Source: Thermodesulfobacteriota bacterium (GTDB lineage: Bacteria; Desulfobacterota_D; UBA1144; Nemesobacterales; UBA2774). From it: a stretch of DNA of 64,000 nucleotides. The first letter of the stretch is position 1, and each line of letters starts with the position of its first letter. The notes under the pieces were generated by a model. It saw only the letters and a list, made by a program, of their open reading frames with translations, was not told where the DNA came from and did no database searches. Positions 39,447 to 50,480 of the stretch are shown here, in pieces. The stretch spans positions 1,472,001 through 1,536,000 of the forward strand of contig OZ244991.1 of the NCBI GenBank assembly GCA_965223335.1. Reading direction: 5' to 3'. A program made the translations under genes and the position numbers.

Positions 39447-40463
39447 TTAACGGCTACGCGAAAAATAAATTGTTACGGCAAGTATAAGTAGCAGTGCTAC
39501 CCAAAGAGTAATTGCAATGCTTGTGGATTTTTTCGCACGGTCCGCCTGCCACCATGTAAGCGGCCTCACACCCTGAATCAAGAATGTTAACACCGCAGAC
39601 AGGTTCACACAGATCACATTAACGAGCAATAATTGTAGCGCACCCATTGCGTGGGTGTACTGTGCCGATCCCATCAACATTCCAAACGATACAGTGGGGG
39701 GCAGCAACGCCACTGCTACCATTACACCTATGAGTGCACCGGGTATCCCTTTTGTGAACGAGAGTGCCCCCGCAACACCCGAGGCCAAGGCTAAAGCTAT
39801 GTCCCCGAACCCTACATTTGTGCGCGAGGCCAGCTCCTCAATCGCAATGTCTACGTCATAAAGAAGCCCGATGGCATACGAGAGCCCGAAAGCAACAGCA
39901 AATCCCAACAGGTTGGCTTCCATGCTCCGCCTAAGCAGTTTCATGTCGCCCAATGTGGTGCCGAACGCAAGTGTCATATTAGAGCCCAGCATCGGGGCGA
40001 TTACCATGGCACCTATAATAATTGCAACATTGTTTTTTAGGATTCCTATAGAGGCTACTATGGCGGAGAGCACTACAAATACTACAAACAAAGTGTTGAT
40101 ACCTGCCGTGTCACTGATATCTGTGTAGAGTTCCTCTCGGCTTATTCTCCCTATGGTTATTTTCTTTTTGTCGTTATTGGGTTCTGTCGGCTCGGGTTCT
40201 TTAGGTTTATGTATAGGGCGCGGGATAGTGGCCTCTACGGGTATAAGCATTATTCTAAACCCCTCGGTATTCGAATAACGCTTCTCGAGGATATCTAGCA
40301 TCGCTTCGGTCTTGTCGGCCTCGATCAGAAACTGGATCAGGTGGTGATCCTCAGAGTTGCTCGATTCCCAGTTATCTATTGTGGGGTGATCTTCGAGTAA
40401 CTCCTTAATCCACGCTATATCCTCAGACGCTGGTAGTCGCAGCTCAACTAATCTTAGACTCAT
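39447..40463 (-). CDS. TIGR00341/DUF389 family membrane protein
   Basis: IIIGAMVIAP, ELASRT, ALASG.AGA, GVMVAVALLPP. Confidence 0.8.
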   Translation of the reverse strand: MSLRLVELRLPASEDIAWIKELLEDHPTIDNWESSNSEDHHLIQFLIEADKTEAMLDILEKRYSNTEGFRIMLIPVEATIPRPIHKPKEPEPTEPNNDKKKITIGRISREELYTDISDTAGINTLFVVFVVLSAIVASIGILKNNVAIIIGAMVIAPMLGSNMTLAFGTTLGDMKLLRRSMEANLLGFAVAFGLSYAIGLLYDVDIAIEELASRTNVGFGDIALALASGVAGALSFTKGIPGALIGVMVAVALLPPTVSFGMLMGSAQYTHAMGALQLLLVNVICVNLSAVLTFLIQGVRPLTWWQADRAKKSTSIAITLWVALLLILAVTIYFSRSR

Positions 40464-40488
40464 CTCGTATGCTCTCGGGGGTATTGTA

Positions 40489-41841
40489 TCATTGAATCAT
40501 ATAGTTTTGGAACAGTGCAGCGAGCCCCAGGAATACGAATATCCCAATCACATCCGTAACCGTAGTAACGATAATGGCCGATGACTGAGCGGGGTCAAGT
40601 CCGAGAGACTTCATTATCATAGGCACCAGTGCCCCCGACACTCCCGCCACAATAAGGGTTATTAGCATTGCAAACCCTGTCACAATGGCTAGGTCCAGGT
40701 TCTCCTGCCAGAGCCATACCACAACCCCTGTAACCAATCCTATTGCTATACCGTTTAATAAGGCCAGTTTCCCCTCTTTCAGTACAAAATCGTATCTGTT
40801 TTTGTTTGTTACCTCTTTCATTACGACTCCCCGCATCAAAACGGCTAGGGACTGCGAGCCGGCGTTGCCTCCCTGGTCTGCTATTACTGGTAGAAACACC
40901 GCAAGTACGGTTAGCGTTGCGATGGTGTCTTCAAACATGGCTACTACAAGACCTGCTATGAATGCCATAGCCAAGTTGAAATGAAGCCATGGAAGGCGTT
41001 TTCTGAGCGAGAACCCGATGGGTGAGAACGCCTTTTCGTTACTCCCCGCACCAAACATTTTTTGCAGATCCCTAGATGCTCTGTCGTGCCCCTGTTTTAT
41101 GAACTGCCCGGCTTTAATAATCCCCAGTAAATGGCCCTCGTTGTCCACAACGGGTGCTGCGAAGTACCCCCTATTGCTTAGCTTTTTAGCAACCTCTTTT
41201 ATGTCTGTAAAAGCATTTATTGCAAAGACGTTCTCTATCATCACTTTGTCCAGGGTGCTGTCGGGGTCGGCCAGTATGAGCTCGCGCATATTGAGCACGC
41301 CTGCGAGTTTGCCCTCTGTATCTACGACATAGACGTAAGAGGACGGGTGTTTGATATGGGCAAGCCATCTGAGTTTCTGAATGGCGTCTTCAACTCTGAT
41401 ATCGCTATGGAAATAGATATACTCCGAGCTCATTAACCTCCCGGCACTATGCTCGGGATAGGTGATGATGTCCTCGATTTTCTTTTTGGTAGCCGGGGGC
41501 AGTATGCTAATGATCCGGTTTTGGAACTCTTCGGGCACCGACTGTAGGATGGCGGCGCCGGCCTCGGGCTCCAGATTCTCCACGATTGCACTTAGAATTT
41601 CCTGAGGTACCTCTTGGAGTAACTGTGCCGCCTGGGCTACGTTTAGGTGTTTGCACACGTTTGCCGTTAGAGACGGTGGTAATGTCTTTAGTATCAAAAG
41701 GGCCTCTTCCTCTTCCATTGTCTCAAGTATATGAGCTGCAACAGGCGGGTCGTATTCGAAGAATTTATGTATGAACGGAAACAGTTTTATCTCTTTTTCA
41801 GACATCTTTGGTCTCCTGTTGGAACGAAGGGATCTAAGCAT
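40489..41841 (-). CDS. mgtE: Magnesium transporter MgtE
   Basis: YPE.SAG.LM, CBS pair, KRLPWL, GGNAGSQ, DPA.SS...VTTVTD; alternative start at 41805. Confidence 0.92.
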   Translation of the reverse strand: MLRSLRSNRRPKMSEKEIKLFPFIHKFFEYDPPVAAHILETMEEEEALLILKTLPPSLTANVCKHLNVAQAAQLLQEVPQEILSAIVENLEPEAGAAILQSVPEEFQNRIISILPPATKKKIEDIITYPEHSAGRLMSSEYIYFHSDIRVEDAIQKLRWLAHIKHPSSYVYVVDTEGKLAGVLNMRELILADPDSTLDKVMIENVFAINAFTDIKEVAKKLSNRGYFAAPVVDNEGHLLGIIKAGQFIKQGHDRASRDLQKMFGAGSNEKAFSPIGFSLRKRLPWLHFNLAMAFIAGLVVAMFEDTIATLTVLAVFLPVIADQGGNAGSQSLAVLMRGVVMKEVTNKNRYDFVLKEGKLALLNGIAIGLVTGVVVWLWQENLDLAIVTGFAMLITLIVAGVSGALVPMIMKSLGLDPAQSSAIIVTTVTDVIGIFVFLGLAALFQNYMIQ

Positions 41842-41947
41842 GTTAATTACTCCTAAATAGGGGGCTTAAGGATATTATTCAACACAATTCGTATTTGATG
41901 CAAATATCGATTCGGTGTTTGCTATGAATAAAGGATGTAGTAGAGAT

Positions 41948-43279
41948 TTAGGCCCCTACCAATACGAGTCTTATGTCCATTACGTTGGTATTGGTGGGCC
42001 CTGTGATAATAAGGTCGTCGAGCGGTTTAAAGAAGTTATACGAATCGTTGTGGTGTAGCACCTGTGCGGGGTCCAATCCGATTTTTGCGGCCCTGCTTAT
42101 CGTGCCGCCGTCTGCTACGGCACCGGCTGCATCGGTAGGGCCGTCGTTGCCGTCGGTACCGCCGCTTAACACGACTACATTTTCTAACCCGGTTATGTCG
42201 ATGGCGGCTGCGAGTACAAACTCCTGGTTCCTTCCCCCCTTGCCCTCTCCCTCAATTGTAACGGTGGTCTCCCCGCCCGATATCACACACGCGGGTTTAG
42301 CGACCGGGTTTCCCGATGCCTTTATCTCTTTTGCAATTGCAGTGTGTACCTTGGCCACCTCTTCCGTTTCACCGTGGATGTATGTGGATAATAGGATGGC
42401 GTTGTATCCAAGCTCCCGGGCTTTATCTTTTGCTGCCAGAGCTGCGATAATATTGCTTCCGACCACGTGGTTATGGGTCTTGGCAAATGCAGGGTGGTCC
42501 TCTTTAGGAGTAGGTTGTCTTTTACCCTTGCACCCCTCTTCTATGTATTCATAGACATCGATTGGGATCTTGGTCTTGAGCTCATATTTGTCAATTATAT
42601 CCCTGCAGTCCTCAAAGCTGTGGGTGTCGGGTACGGTGGGCCCCGAGGCTATGACATCCAGATCGTCTCCTATGACATCAGAGAGGATAAGGGACACAAG
42701 CGTGGCAGGGTATGCTATTGTTACGAGCCTGCCCCCTTTGACCATAGAGATCTGCTTTCGTATCGCATTTAACTCGTGGATGGTTGCACCGCACTGGAGC
42801 AATGAGTCGGTGACCGATTGTTTGTCTCCGAGTGTAAGCCCCTCGGCCGGCAGAGGCAGCAGAGCGGAACCACCGCCTGATATTACGCAGAGCACTAGGT
42901 CTTTTTCCCCGGCGGATTTAGCGAGCTCTATGATTTCCTTTGAAGCGGCAAGCCCTGCTTCGTCAGGCAGGGGATGGCCGGCCTCGTTTATCTTTATTTT
43001 TTCAAGCTCCCGAGTGTGGCCGTATTTCACACTCACTATCCCCCCTGTCAATCTCTTGCCCAGTAGGGATTCCAAGGCTTTTGCCATGGACGCTGCGGCC
43101 TTGCCCATCCCGATTACATATATATTCTCGTATGCACCCAGGTCATAGGTGCTGTCACCTACGTGGAGTGTGTTGTTGCTCAAACGCACATGATCATAGA
43201 CTGCCTGCTCGGGGTCAACCGCTCTTAGGGCTGCGTTGAATATTGCCAGGGCGTCGCGTCTAAGCTTTTCCTCAGTCAT
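41948..43279 (-). CDS. Glycerate 2-kinase, MOFRL family
   Basis: GKAA..M, HP.PD, SGGGSAL, SDV.GD....IASGPT, GGETTV, GGRNQE, TDG.DG, GPTNTNVMD. Confidence 0.92.
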   Translation of the reverse strand: MTEEKLRRDALAIFNAALRAVDPEQAVYDHVRLSNNTLHVGDSTYDLGAYENIYVIGMGKAAASMAKALESLLGKRLTGGIVSVKYGHTRELEKIKINEAGHPLPDEAGLAASKEIIELAKSAGEKDLVLCVISGGGSALLPLPAEGLTLGDKQSVTDSLLQCGATIHELNAIRKQISMVKGGRLVTIAYPATLVSLILSDVIGDDLDVIASGPTVPDTHSFEDCRDIIDKYELKTKIPIDVYEYIEEGCKGKRQPTPKEDHPAFAKTHNHVVGSNIIAALAAKDKARELGYNAILLSTYIHGETEEVAKVHTAIAKEIKASGNPVAKPACVISGGETTVTIEGEGKGGRNQEFVLAAAIDITGLENVVVLSGGTDGNDGPTDAAGAVADGGTISRAAKIGLDPAQVLHHNDSYNFFKPLDDLIITGPTNTNVMDIRLVLVGA

Positions 43280-43474
43280 GAGGGCAAATTATAACGAGGG
43301 TTTGCAGTTCTCACAAGCCGTGGGTTTTAGAGTCGATATGTGGTTATGAGCCTTGTAAATAGGCTTATTTTGAAAGTGATTTGTGTTGGATAAATAGAGA
43401 CATCAAAAAGTTGTTGAAACCGAAACGATATATTGTAGTCTTGTCGTAAAGTATGGTTTTGGGGGAGCAAAAAG

Positions 43475-43627
43475 GTGCATAGAATATTACTTATCATACT
43501 GCTCGTGGCGTCTATGTTAAGCGGGTCGTGCGCAGCGTTTGTTGCCGGTGCGGCAGCGGGTGGAGCCGGAGCATATATAATGAGGGACAAGGGCTATAAA
43601 ATCCAGTCCCCGGTATCTAAGAATTAA
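43475..43627 (+). CDS. Small lipoprotein with glycine-zipper-like segment (50 aa, missed by the ORF track)
   Basis: GGGGGAG SD with GTG start; MHRILLIILLVASMLSGSCAAFVAGAAAGGAGAYIMRDKGYKIQSPVSKN. Confidence 0.7.
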   Translation: MHRILLIILLVASMLSGSCAAFVAGAAAGGAGAYIMRDKGYKIQSPVSKN

Positions 43628-43689
43628 CACCCTTACATACACGCTTCGGGTGCTTGACAATTGTTTCAATCCACATAACATTATCTGCC

Positions 43690-44046
43690 GTGTTAGCCGG
43701 CTACGTTCCCATACTGCTTATATTAATAATAGCGATTGCATTGGTCGCAGTCCTCTTGGGTCTTTCACATCTCGTGGGTCCCAAAAAAAGGACCGAGCGT
43801 AAGTTCATGCCCTACGAGTCGGGCATACCTCCCACTGGGGACACCAGGGGCAAATTTTCTATCAAATACTATCTAATCGGCGCATTATTTATCTTATTCG
43901 ATGTAGAGGCAGTGTTCCTATTTGCTTGGGCCGTGGTGTTCAAGGACCTGGGAGTGCTGGCGTTTATAGAAATAATAGTATTTTTCATAGTGATTTTGGG
44001 CGGGTATTTCTATGTGGTTAAAAAGGGGGCGCTGGAATGGGAATAA
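43690..44046 (+). CDS. nuoA: NADH-quinone oxidoreductase subunit A
   Basis: [29 protein letters not shown] at 43690 gives a typical length, and the track start at 43654 falls inside the -35 TTGACA. Confidence 0.92.
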   Translation: MLAGYVPILLILIIAIALVAVLLGLSHLVGPKKRTERKFMPYESGIPPTGDTRGKFSIKYYLIGALFILFDVEAVFLFAWAVVFKDLGVLAFIEIIVFFIVILGGYFYVVKKGALEWE

Positions 44047-44522
44047 ATCAAAATCCTATGATGGGCGGGGACGGATTCATAACCACGACACTCGAGGCGT
44101 TTGCCAACTGGGGCAGGAAAAACAGCCTGTGGCCGATGCCCTTCGGCACGGCGTGTTGCGCAATAGAGATGATGGGTGTGTTTGCGTCTAGGTTCGATGT
44201 CTCTAGGTTTGGGGCCGAGGTAGTAAGGTTCTCTCCCCGTCAGGCCGACCTTATGATAGTGTCGGGCACTATTACTTACAAAATGGCGAGTGTCTGCAGG
44301 CGTATCTACGATCAGATGCCCGAGCCCAAGTGGGTGATTGCAATGGGCTCATGCACATGCGGCGGCGGGCCGTTTGACAGCTATGCCGTGGTGCAGGGTA
44401 TAGACGAATTCCTGCCCGTAGACGTGTATGTAGGTGGCTGTCCCCCCAGGCCCGAGGCACTCATAGACGCTGTGATGAAGATACAAAAGAAGATCGATAT
44501 CGAAGGGGCGCCGCTTTTATGA
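44037..44522 (+). CDS. nuoB: NADH-quinone oxidoreductase subunit B
   Basis: [37 protein letters not shown]. Confidence 0.96.
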   Translation: MGINQNPMMGGDGFITTTLEAFANWGRKNSLWPMPFGTACCAIEMMGVFASRFDVSRFGAEVVRFSPRQADLMIVSGTITYKMASVCRRIYDQMPEPKWVIAMGSCTCGGGPFDSYAVVQGIDEFLPVDVYVGGCPPRPEALIDAVMKIQKKIDIEGAPLL

Positions 44523-45040
44523 GTGAGGAAAGTCTCTTAGTTATAGAAAGGCTCACGGCTAAGTTCCCCGATACAATTTTGGATTCATCCGAGTTCCGGG
44601 GTGAACATACCTTAATCATAAAACACGATAGTATTAGAGCGATATGCTCTTATATGAAACAGGAGCTGGGTTTTACATTCCTGGCCGATCTAACCGCAGT
44701 GGATTATCTGGAGGTTAAGAGTCCCAGGTACGAGGTGGTGTACCACGTCCACAGGTTTGGTGAGGACTACGAAGATAACACACGTCTGAGACTAAAGGTA
44801 CCGCTCGAAGAGAGCAGTGCGGTTATAGATTCTGTAACACCTCTATGGATTGGGGCGGATTGGCTCGAGCGGGAGGTGTACGATATGTTCGGGATAGAGT
44901 TTACAGACCATCCCGACCTAAGAAGAATACTCATGCCCGAAGACTATGAACCCTATCCGCTTCGCAAAGATTTTGATGTAAGGGACCGAGAGGCTTCCAA
45001 AGAATCTTTCACTAAGGCACTCAAAGAGGGCATCGAATAG
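44519..45040 (+). CDS. nuoC: NADH-quinone oxidoreductase subunit C
   Basis: [37 protein letters not shown]. Confidence 0.95.
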   Translation: MSEESLLVIERLTAKFPDTILDSSEFRGEHTLIIKHDSIRAICSYMKQELGFTFLADLTAVDYLEVKSPRYEVVYHVHRFGEDYEDNTRLRLKVPLEESSAVIDSVTPLWIGADWLEREVYDMFGIEFTDHPDLRRILMPEDYEPYPLRKDFDVRDREASKESFTKALKEGIE

Positions 45041-46263
45041 TGGAAAGAATTGAGTTCATAGAAGAAGATATTATCCGCGAAGACGGGCTTACGACCGAGA
45101 CCATGCTCCTTAACCTTGGGCCCCAGCACCCGTCCACACACGGGGTGCTTAGGGTTGTGCTCCATCTGGATGGTGAGCTTGTGGTTAAAGCTATTCCCTA
45201 TGTGGGCTACCTGCACCGTGGAATCGAAAAACTCTGTGAACATATTACCTATCAGCAGTGCATCCCCTACACAGACAGGATGGACTACCTGGCGTCCATA
45301 TGCAACAACATAGGCTACATACTAGCTGTTGAGAAACTCCTTGGAATCGAAGACGAGATACCCGAGAGGGCTAAGGTAGCCGAGGTCATAATGTTTGAGC
45401 TCGGCCGCATAGAGTCGCACCTGGTCGGTATCGGTACTAATGCGATGGACCTGGGAGCGATGAGCGCATTCCTCTACTGTTTTAAAGAGCGCGAGAGGAT
45501 CTACGATATATTGGAAACCGTATGCGGGGCCAGGCTTACAACTTCATATCCGAGGGTCGGGGGACTGCCGCTTGACCTGCCCGAAAACTTCAGCGAGGTG
45601 ATACGGAATTTTATATCAGTATTCCCGTCCACTTTAAAAGAGGTGGACAGCCTGCTTAGCCGAAACCGCATATGGATAGAGAGGACAAAAGGGGTTGCCG
45701 TAATAAGTGCCGAGGATGCCGTTGACTATGGGTTGACTGGGCCGGCACTCCGAGGCTCGGGTGTCCCATACGATGTAAGAAAAGCAATGCCCTATCTGGA
45801 CTACGAGAACTACGACTTCGAGGTTCCTGTGGCGAATGAGGGGGATGCATATGCCCGCTATATGTGCAGACTCGAGGAGATGAACCAGAGCCTAAAGATC
45901 ATCGAGCAGGGCATCGATAACCTGCCGGACGGGCCGTATGCAGCCGATCTTCCCGATGTGGTGCTGCCCAAAAAAGAGCTCACATACACACGGATGGAAT
46001 CGCTTATACGTCATTTTGTATTGGTATATGAAGGGTTTAAACCCCCTGCGGGTGAAGTACAGCATGTTGTAGAGAACCCAAAGGGCGAGCTCGGCTACTA
46101 TCTGGTCAGCGACGGTACGGGAAAGCCATACAGGTTTAGGGTGCGCGGGCCGTCTTTTGTCAATATGCAGGCGCTTCCGCTTATGGCCGAAGGCAGGCTG
46201 CTTGCCGATGTTGTAGCTGCAATCGGGAGCTTGGATATTGTTCTCGGTGAAATTGACCGCTAG
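45040..46263 (+). CDS. nuoD: NADH-quinone oxidoreductase subunit D
   Basis: NLGPQHPSTHGVLR, GYLHRGIEK, ENPKGELG, DIVLGEIDR. Confidence 0.96.
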   Translation: MERIEFIEEDIIREDGLTTETMLLNLGPQHPSTHGVLRVVLHLDGELVVKAIPYVGYLHRGIEKLCEHITYQQCIPYTDRMDYLASICNNIGYILAVEKLLGIEDEIPERAKVAEVIMFELGRIESHLVGIGTNAMDLGAMSAFLYCFKERERIYDILETVCGARLTTSYPRVGGLPLDLPENFSEVIRNFISVFPSTLKEVDSLLSRNRIWIERTKGVAVISAEDAVDYGLTGPALRGSGVPYDVRKAMPYLDYENYDFEVPVANEGDAYARYMCRLEEMNQSLKIIEQGIDNLPDGPYAADLPDVVLPKKELTYTRMESLIRHFVLVYEGFKPPAGEVQHVVENPKGELGYYLVSDGTGKPYRFRVRGPSFVNMQALPLMAEGRLLADVVAAIGSLDIVLGEIDR

Positions 46264-46276
46264 GTAGTTTTACTTA

Positions 46277-46879
46277 CTAAGATTCCTGCTTAATCACATT
46301 ATAGTCCGGATAGATATAGTAAAGGCCCAAAAGCATGCTCTCGCGCAGCATATACCTGAACTTTCTACCCGAGTCCTGAGTGCTTACAGGTGCGCAGTGT
46401 ACATTCTCTATTCCCACATCGTGGGCCATCTTTTTTAACCGCATCATATGAAACCCATGACTTACAAAGAGGTTATTCTCAAAGTTATTACTCTTAAGTA
46501 TGGGACGGATGGCATTTAGACTGCCGTATGTGGTAGTCCCTTCCTCCTCAATCATAATGCTCTTTTCGGGGATGCCGTTTTTGATCAAGTAGTCTCTACC
46601 CACGCTTGACTCCGACACCGTTTCGCCCTTTGCCACCCCGCCAGTCACTAAAATTTTAGGTGCATATCCACCGCGATAGAGCTCGGCGGCTCGGTCGAGC
46701 CTGGCCTTAAATGCGGGTGAGGGCCTGCCGTTCCATTGGCTTGCACCAAGCACCACAATTACGTCTGCGGGCTTGATCTCGTCTGTGGTAGAGTCCAGGT
46801 AGATCCCGAGTATCAGTACTCCCCAGACCAACAAAAACACACCGATAATGGCAAACAGTGTTTTGATATATTTGTTCAT
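46277..46879 (-). CDS. YdcF/DUF218 family envelope protein
   Basis: N-terminal TM, DVIVVLGA, RLDRA..LY, VTGG, E..GTTT, FHM.R, RE. Confidence 0.85.
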   Translation of the reverse strand: MNKYIKTLFAIIGVFLLVWGVLILGIYLDSTTDEIKPADVIVVLGASQWNGRPSPAFKARLDRAAELYRGGYAPKILVTGGVAKGETVSESSVGRDYLIKNGIPEKSIMIEEEGTTTYGSLNAIRPILKSNNFENNLFVSHGFHMMRLKKMAHDVGIENVHCAPVSTQDSGRKFRYMLRESMLLGLYYIYPDYNVIKQES

Positions 46880-47004
46880 TGTGTTTGGGATTTATTCGGA
46901 CATTGTTCGCACCGTTACCGAGAGTAACTATGCATAATCTTGCGGCCTTTGTAGAAGCATTGATGCTATATGTAGATGCACTATGCAGTGTCCACCCCGG
47001 TGTG

Positions 47005-47334
47005 TCAAGGGGAAGAACATTTACTAGCCAAGGGTTTCATGTTGCCGTCATGTACGAATACGCAGAAGTTCTGGTCGTATTTAGTCCTGGATAGCATGAT
47101 GACTTCCATTGCTACCTGTTTTGCGCTTTTTTCGGTTGCCCCTTCGGCGTAAACCCATAGGTCCATTGGCGACTGCCACGTTGCGTCAATCACAGTCGGG
47201 AACTCGGCTTTTACATGAGCAGCAAAGTTCGTCTGGTTCTCTGTTAATGTAAAACCCGATTCCTGGGCATTTGCTCCGAAACCCAGTGCGGTGACAATAA
47301 TAAGTGGTAATATGAAAAATTTTAATCTAGCCAT
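47005..47334 (-). CDS. Small exported hypothetical protein
   Basis: Signal peptide ending ANA, two Cys; same strand, directly after lolA. Confidence 0.65.
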   Translation of the reverse strand: MARLKFFILPLIIVTALGFGANAQESGFTLTENQTNFAAHVKAEFPTVIDATWQSPMDLWVYAEGATEKSAKQVAMEVIMLSRTKYDQNFCVFVHDGNMKPLASKCSSP

Positions 47335-47362
47335 GATGTTTGCCCATCCAAGAAGAGCTTTT

Positions 47363-48040
47363 TTACTGCTGTGCCTGTTTGGGTGCTTTTATAACTTCAA
47401 CACCGTCTTTGGCTTTATACGTGAACAGCGGGTCTGATATCCCTTTGTTAATTTTCACGTCCTCTAGAGTTACTTTGGTCAGGTTGCCGTAGGGGTCGTA
47501 GAGGAAAATCGATTGGACCATCTTATCTTTTTTGTCCACCGATAGAGTGACCTTGTTGTATTCCTCTTCTTCGCTCTTGGGTTTGAGATCAATTAGGTAG
47601 TTGCCGTTTGTGTCCAGATCGCTGGGTTCTGCAAAGCTTGCGTCAAACAGCTCGCCTAGGTTGCCTAGCCCGCTTAACAGAGTGGTTGTAGACTGAGTGT
47701 CCTTTACCTCTGCAATCTCCGATTCTATTACCTGTTTGTCTTCATCGTTATAGAACCATAGCACTTTGCCGTCGGACACTATCTCGTCCTTATAAGGGCT
47801 ATAGTAGTTCCACCTCATTTTCCCCGGTTTTTTGAACCACACCTCGCCCTTGGCTGTCTGGGTTTTATCTAGGGCCCTTACAGTCTGTTCCTGTATAAAA
47901 TTGGCGTGAAAGTCATCGATCTTTTCATAGTTATTCTGTATGCTCTGGACGACCGATTTGATATCGTCCGCCGAGTAGGCGTTTGCCGTAAACACTGTTA
48001 CAACAAATGCGATCACAATTAATGAGATTAGTTTTTTCAA
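47363..48040 (-). CDS. lolA: Outer-membrane lipoprotein carrier protein LolA
   Basis: A.F.QE, G.VWFKKPGKMRWNY..P, IVSDGK.LW.Y; downstream of ftsK. Confidence 0.9.
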   Translation of the reverse strand: MKKLISLIVIAFVVTVFTANAYSADDIKSVVQSIQNNYEKIDDFHANFIQEQTVRALDKTQTAKGEVWFKKPGKMRWNYYSPYKDEIVSDGKVLWFYNDEDKQVIESEIAEVKDTQSTTTLLSGLGNLGELFDASFAEPSDLDTNGNYLIDLKPKSEEEEYNKVTLSVDKKDKMVQSIFLYDPYGNLTKVTLEDVKINKGISDPLFTYKAKDGVEVIKAPKQAQQ

Positions 48041-50340
48041 TTTGCTTCCCTCTCTTCGATTTGATTTAAATCTATAAAAACCTCGCGCGGTTTGCCGGCG
48101 ACTTCCTGCGGCCCGACCACTCCTTCGCGTTCCATTATTTCCACTATCCTCGCAGCTCTATTATAACCTATTTTGAGGCGTCTCTGGAGCATTGATATCG
48201 AGGCCTGGCGCGTCTCAGCTATAGTTCTAAGCGCATCGTAGTAAAGCTCGTCCTTCTCGTCATCCAACTCCGCCGAGCTCTCAGTATCTTCAACCAGGGT
48301 GATCTCCTCATTATATATGGGCGGGCCCTGTTCCTTTAGATGCTTAGTAATTGCTTCACGCTCCTCGTCCGATATAAGCGCTCCCTGCACCCTAAGCAGT
48401 ATAGAGGTCCCGGGCTTTAGAAACAGCATGTCTCCCTTACCCAACAGACGCTCAGCTCCCCCGGCATCTAGGATAATACGCGAATCGACCTTGGACGATA
48501 CAAGGAATGAAATACGAGCGGGGAAGTTGGCCTTGATAAGCCCTGCGACTATGTCTGCAGACGGGCGCTGGGTTGCAACGATAAGGTGTATGCCTGCCGC
48601 ACGTGCTTTCTGTGCAAGCCTCGTAATCGACTCCTTAATCTCGCTAGGCGATATCATCATAAGGTCCGCGAGTTCATCAAGGACAATGACAATATAAGGC
48701 AGAAGCTTGTCCAGTTTGTCCTCGTCGTCCATTTTTTCCACATTCCGGTTGTGTGTTTCAATATCGCGTACACCCTCTTCCGAGAGTATTCTGTACCTGT
48801 TCTCCATCTCTTCCACTGCCCACCTGAGCGCGGCCGCGGCTTTTTTCGGGTCGGTCACCACGGGGTGCAGTAGATGGGGGATGTCTTCATAAACCGAGAG
48901 CTCTAGCATCTTGGGGTCTATCATAATGAATTTGAGCTCATAGGGGCTAGCTTTGTAGAGCATGCTCGTAATTACAGCGTTTAGGAGCACACTCTTACCC
49001 GAACCCGTAGTGCCGGCGATCATTAGGTGCGGTGCTTTTCTTAAGTCCATATAAAACGGCATGCCCGAAATATCTTTACCCAGTGCCAGGGTCAGCAGTG
49101 ATTTGCTGTTTGAGAACTCGGCGTTCTCTAGCATCTCGCGCAGTACCACTACCTCACGCTTAGCATTCGGCACCTCTATGCCTATTACGTCTTTGCCGGG
49201 AATAGGTGCAATAATTCTTATGCTAAACGCGCTAAGCCCCATTGCCAGGTCGCTCTCAAGCGAAGCGATCTTGTTGATTTTAATCCCGGGGGCCGGTTTA
49301 TACTCGAACATCGTAATCACGGGCCCGGGCCTTATCTCTGTGACCTTGCCCAATACACCGAAGTCCTCGAGTTTCGCCTCGATCAATTGTGCTTTTTTGT
49401 ATACAGCCTCTTTGTCTACTTCTAGCTCACCCTCTTGTTTCGGGTCCAGAAGGTCTACCGGAGGCAGTTTGAAATTCTTCCTTTCGCTTTCCTTGATCAG
49501 CTTTAGTTGCTCGGGCTTCTCATTCTTGTGCTCTTCTATTACAATTTGAGGTAATCCATTTGCATTCTCTTGCTGTGTGGGGTTTGTGGTGGTCTCTGCA
49601 GACGGTTTCAACACAGTAGGTGTTTGTGAAGAGCCGTTTAAATGAGTTTCCTGCGCAGGGTCGTCAAACACAATCTCTCTTTCAATGTCGGGTTTTCTCT
49701 CCGTGCGTTTTTGGGTTACCAACGTACCCAGGTAATCGGCACTCTGTTTACCCAAATGCACCATGTATCTTGAACCCGCGACTATTGAATTGCCTATCAT
49801 TTTGTACATCTTCCCTGTGCTGTCAATAATATCCGATATCTTTATGTTCGTTATTATGATTAAACTTATGAGCAGTAATATGGTTGCAATCAGGTACGAC
49901 CCCACAGTCCCAGCTACATCGTTTTTTAGGAAGTCGGCTATCTTCATACCGGCCAACCCGCCTGCGGGTGCGTAGCCCAGGAAATCGCCCTCGGCAAACA
50001 CTAGGCCCAGCAGTGTCATGGTCGATATAAGGAATATAAATGCCGATATCGCCTTTCTATAAAGCCCGCTGCCCTCTTTGTTAAAGAAGATCACAATCGC
50101 ACTATAAAACATTACTACCGGTATTATTATGGACGATATGCCGAATGCCTTACCGAGCATCGTGGATATAAAGAGCCCTATCGAGCCCATTGCTCCCTTT
50201 ACGTCAAAACCGGTCTTGGAGCTGTAGAATATGATGCTAAGCGCTGAAAATATGCCGATAGTGAAGAGCAGGGCGGCTATAATTTCCCTACTTAGATAAT
50301 CTTTTGTCTCTTTGTTACTGCGAGTTTTGGTCTTAGCCAT
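48037..50340 (-). CDS. ftsK: DNA translocase FtsK
   Basis: N-terminal TM segments, PHLMIAGTTGSGKSV, IDPKMLEL, DELADLMM, ATQRPS, gamma domain LQRRLKIGYNRAAR. Confidence 0.96.
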   Translation of the reverse strand: MAKTKTRSNKETKDYLSREIIAALLFTIGIFSALSIIFYSSKTGFDVKGAMGSIGLFISTMLGKAFGISSIIIPVVMFYSAIVIFFNKEGSGLYRKAISAFIFLISTMTLLGLVFAEGDFLGYAPAGGLAGMKIADFLKNDVAGTVGSYLIATILLLISLIIITNIKISDIIDSTGKMYKMIGNSIVAGSRYMVHLGKQSADYLGTLVTQKRTERKPDIEREIVFDDPAQETHLNGSSQTPTVLKPSAETTTNPTQQENANGLPQIVIEEHKNEKPEQLKLIKESERKNFKLPPVDLLDPKQEGELEVDKEAVYKKAQLIEAKLEDFGVLGKVTEIRPGPVITMFEYKPAPGIKINKIASLESDLAMGLSAFSIRIIAPIPGKDVIGIEVPNAKREVVVLREMLENAEFSNSKSLLTLALGKDISGMPFYMDLRKAPHLMIAGTTGSGKSVLLNAVITSMLYKASPYELKFIMIDPKMLELSVYEDIPHLLHPVVTDPKKAAAALRWAVEEMENRYRILSEEGVRDIETHNRNVEKMDDEDKLDKLLPYIVIVLDELADLMMISPSEIKESITRLAQKARAAGIHLIVATQRPSADIVAGLIKANFPARISFLVSSKVDSRIILDAGGAERLLGKGDMLFLKPGTSILLRVQGALISDEEREAITKHLKEQGPPIYNEEITLVEDTESSAELDDEKDELYYDALRTIAETRQASISMLQRRLKIGYNRAARIVEIMEREGVVGPQEVAGKPREVFIDLNQIEEREAN

Positions 50341-50480
50341 AGATATTTAAAGCTAATTATACAATATATGGGATAAGTATGCAAAATTGTTAAATTATGA
50401 ATTATGCAATATGTAGGAGCAATCGGGAATTCAGTAGAGAAATGAGATACAAATGCAACATAAAAAAATAGTTTCGAGTG

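Noticed and set aside
43327..43590. 87-aa minus-strand ORF
   Set aside because: It is the antisense shadow of the better-supported 50-aa lipoprotein on the plus strand.
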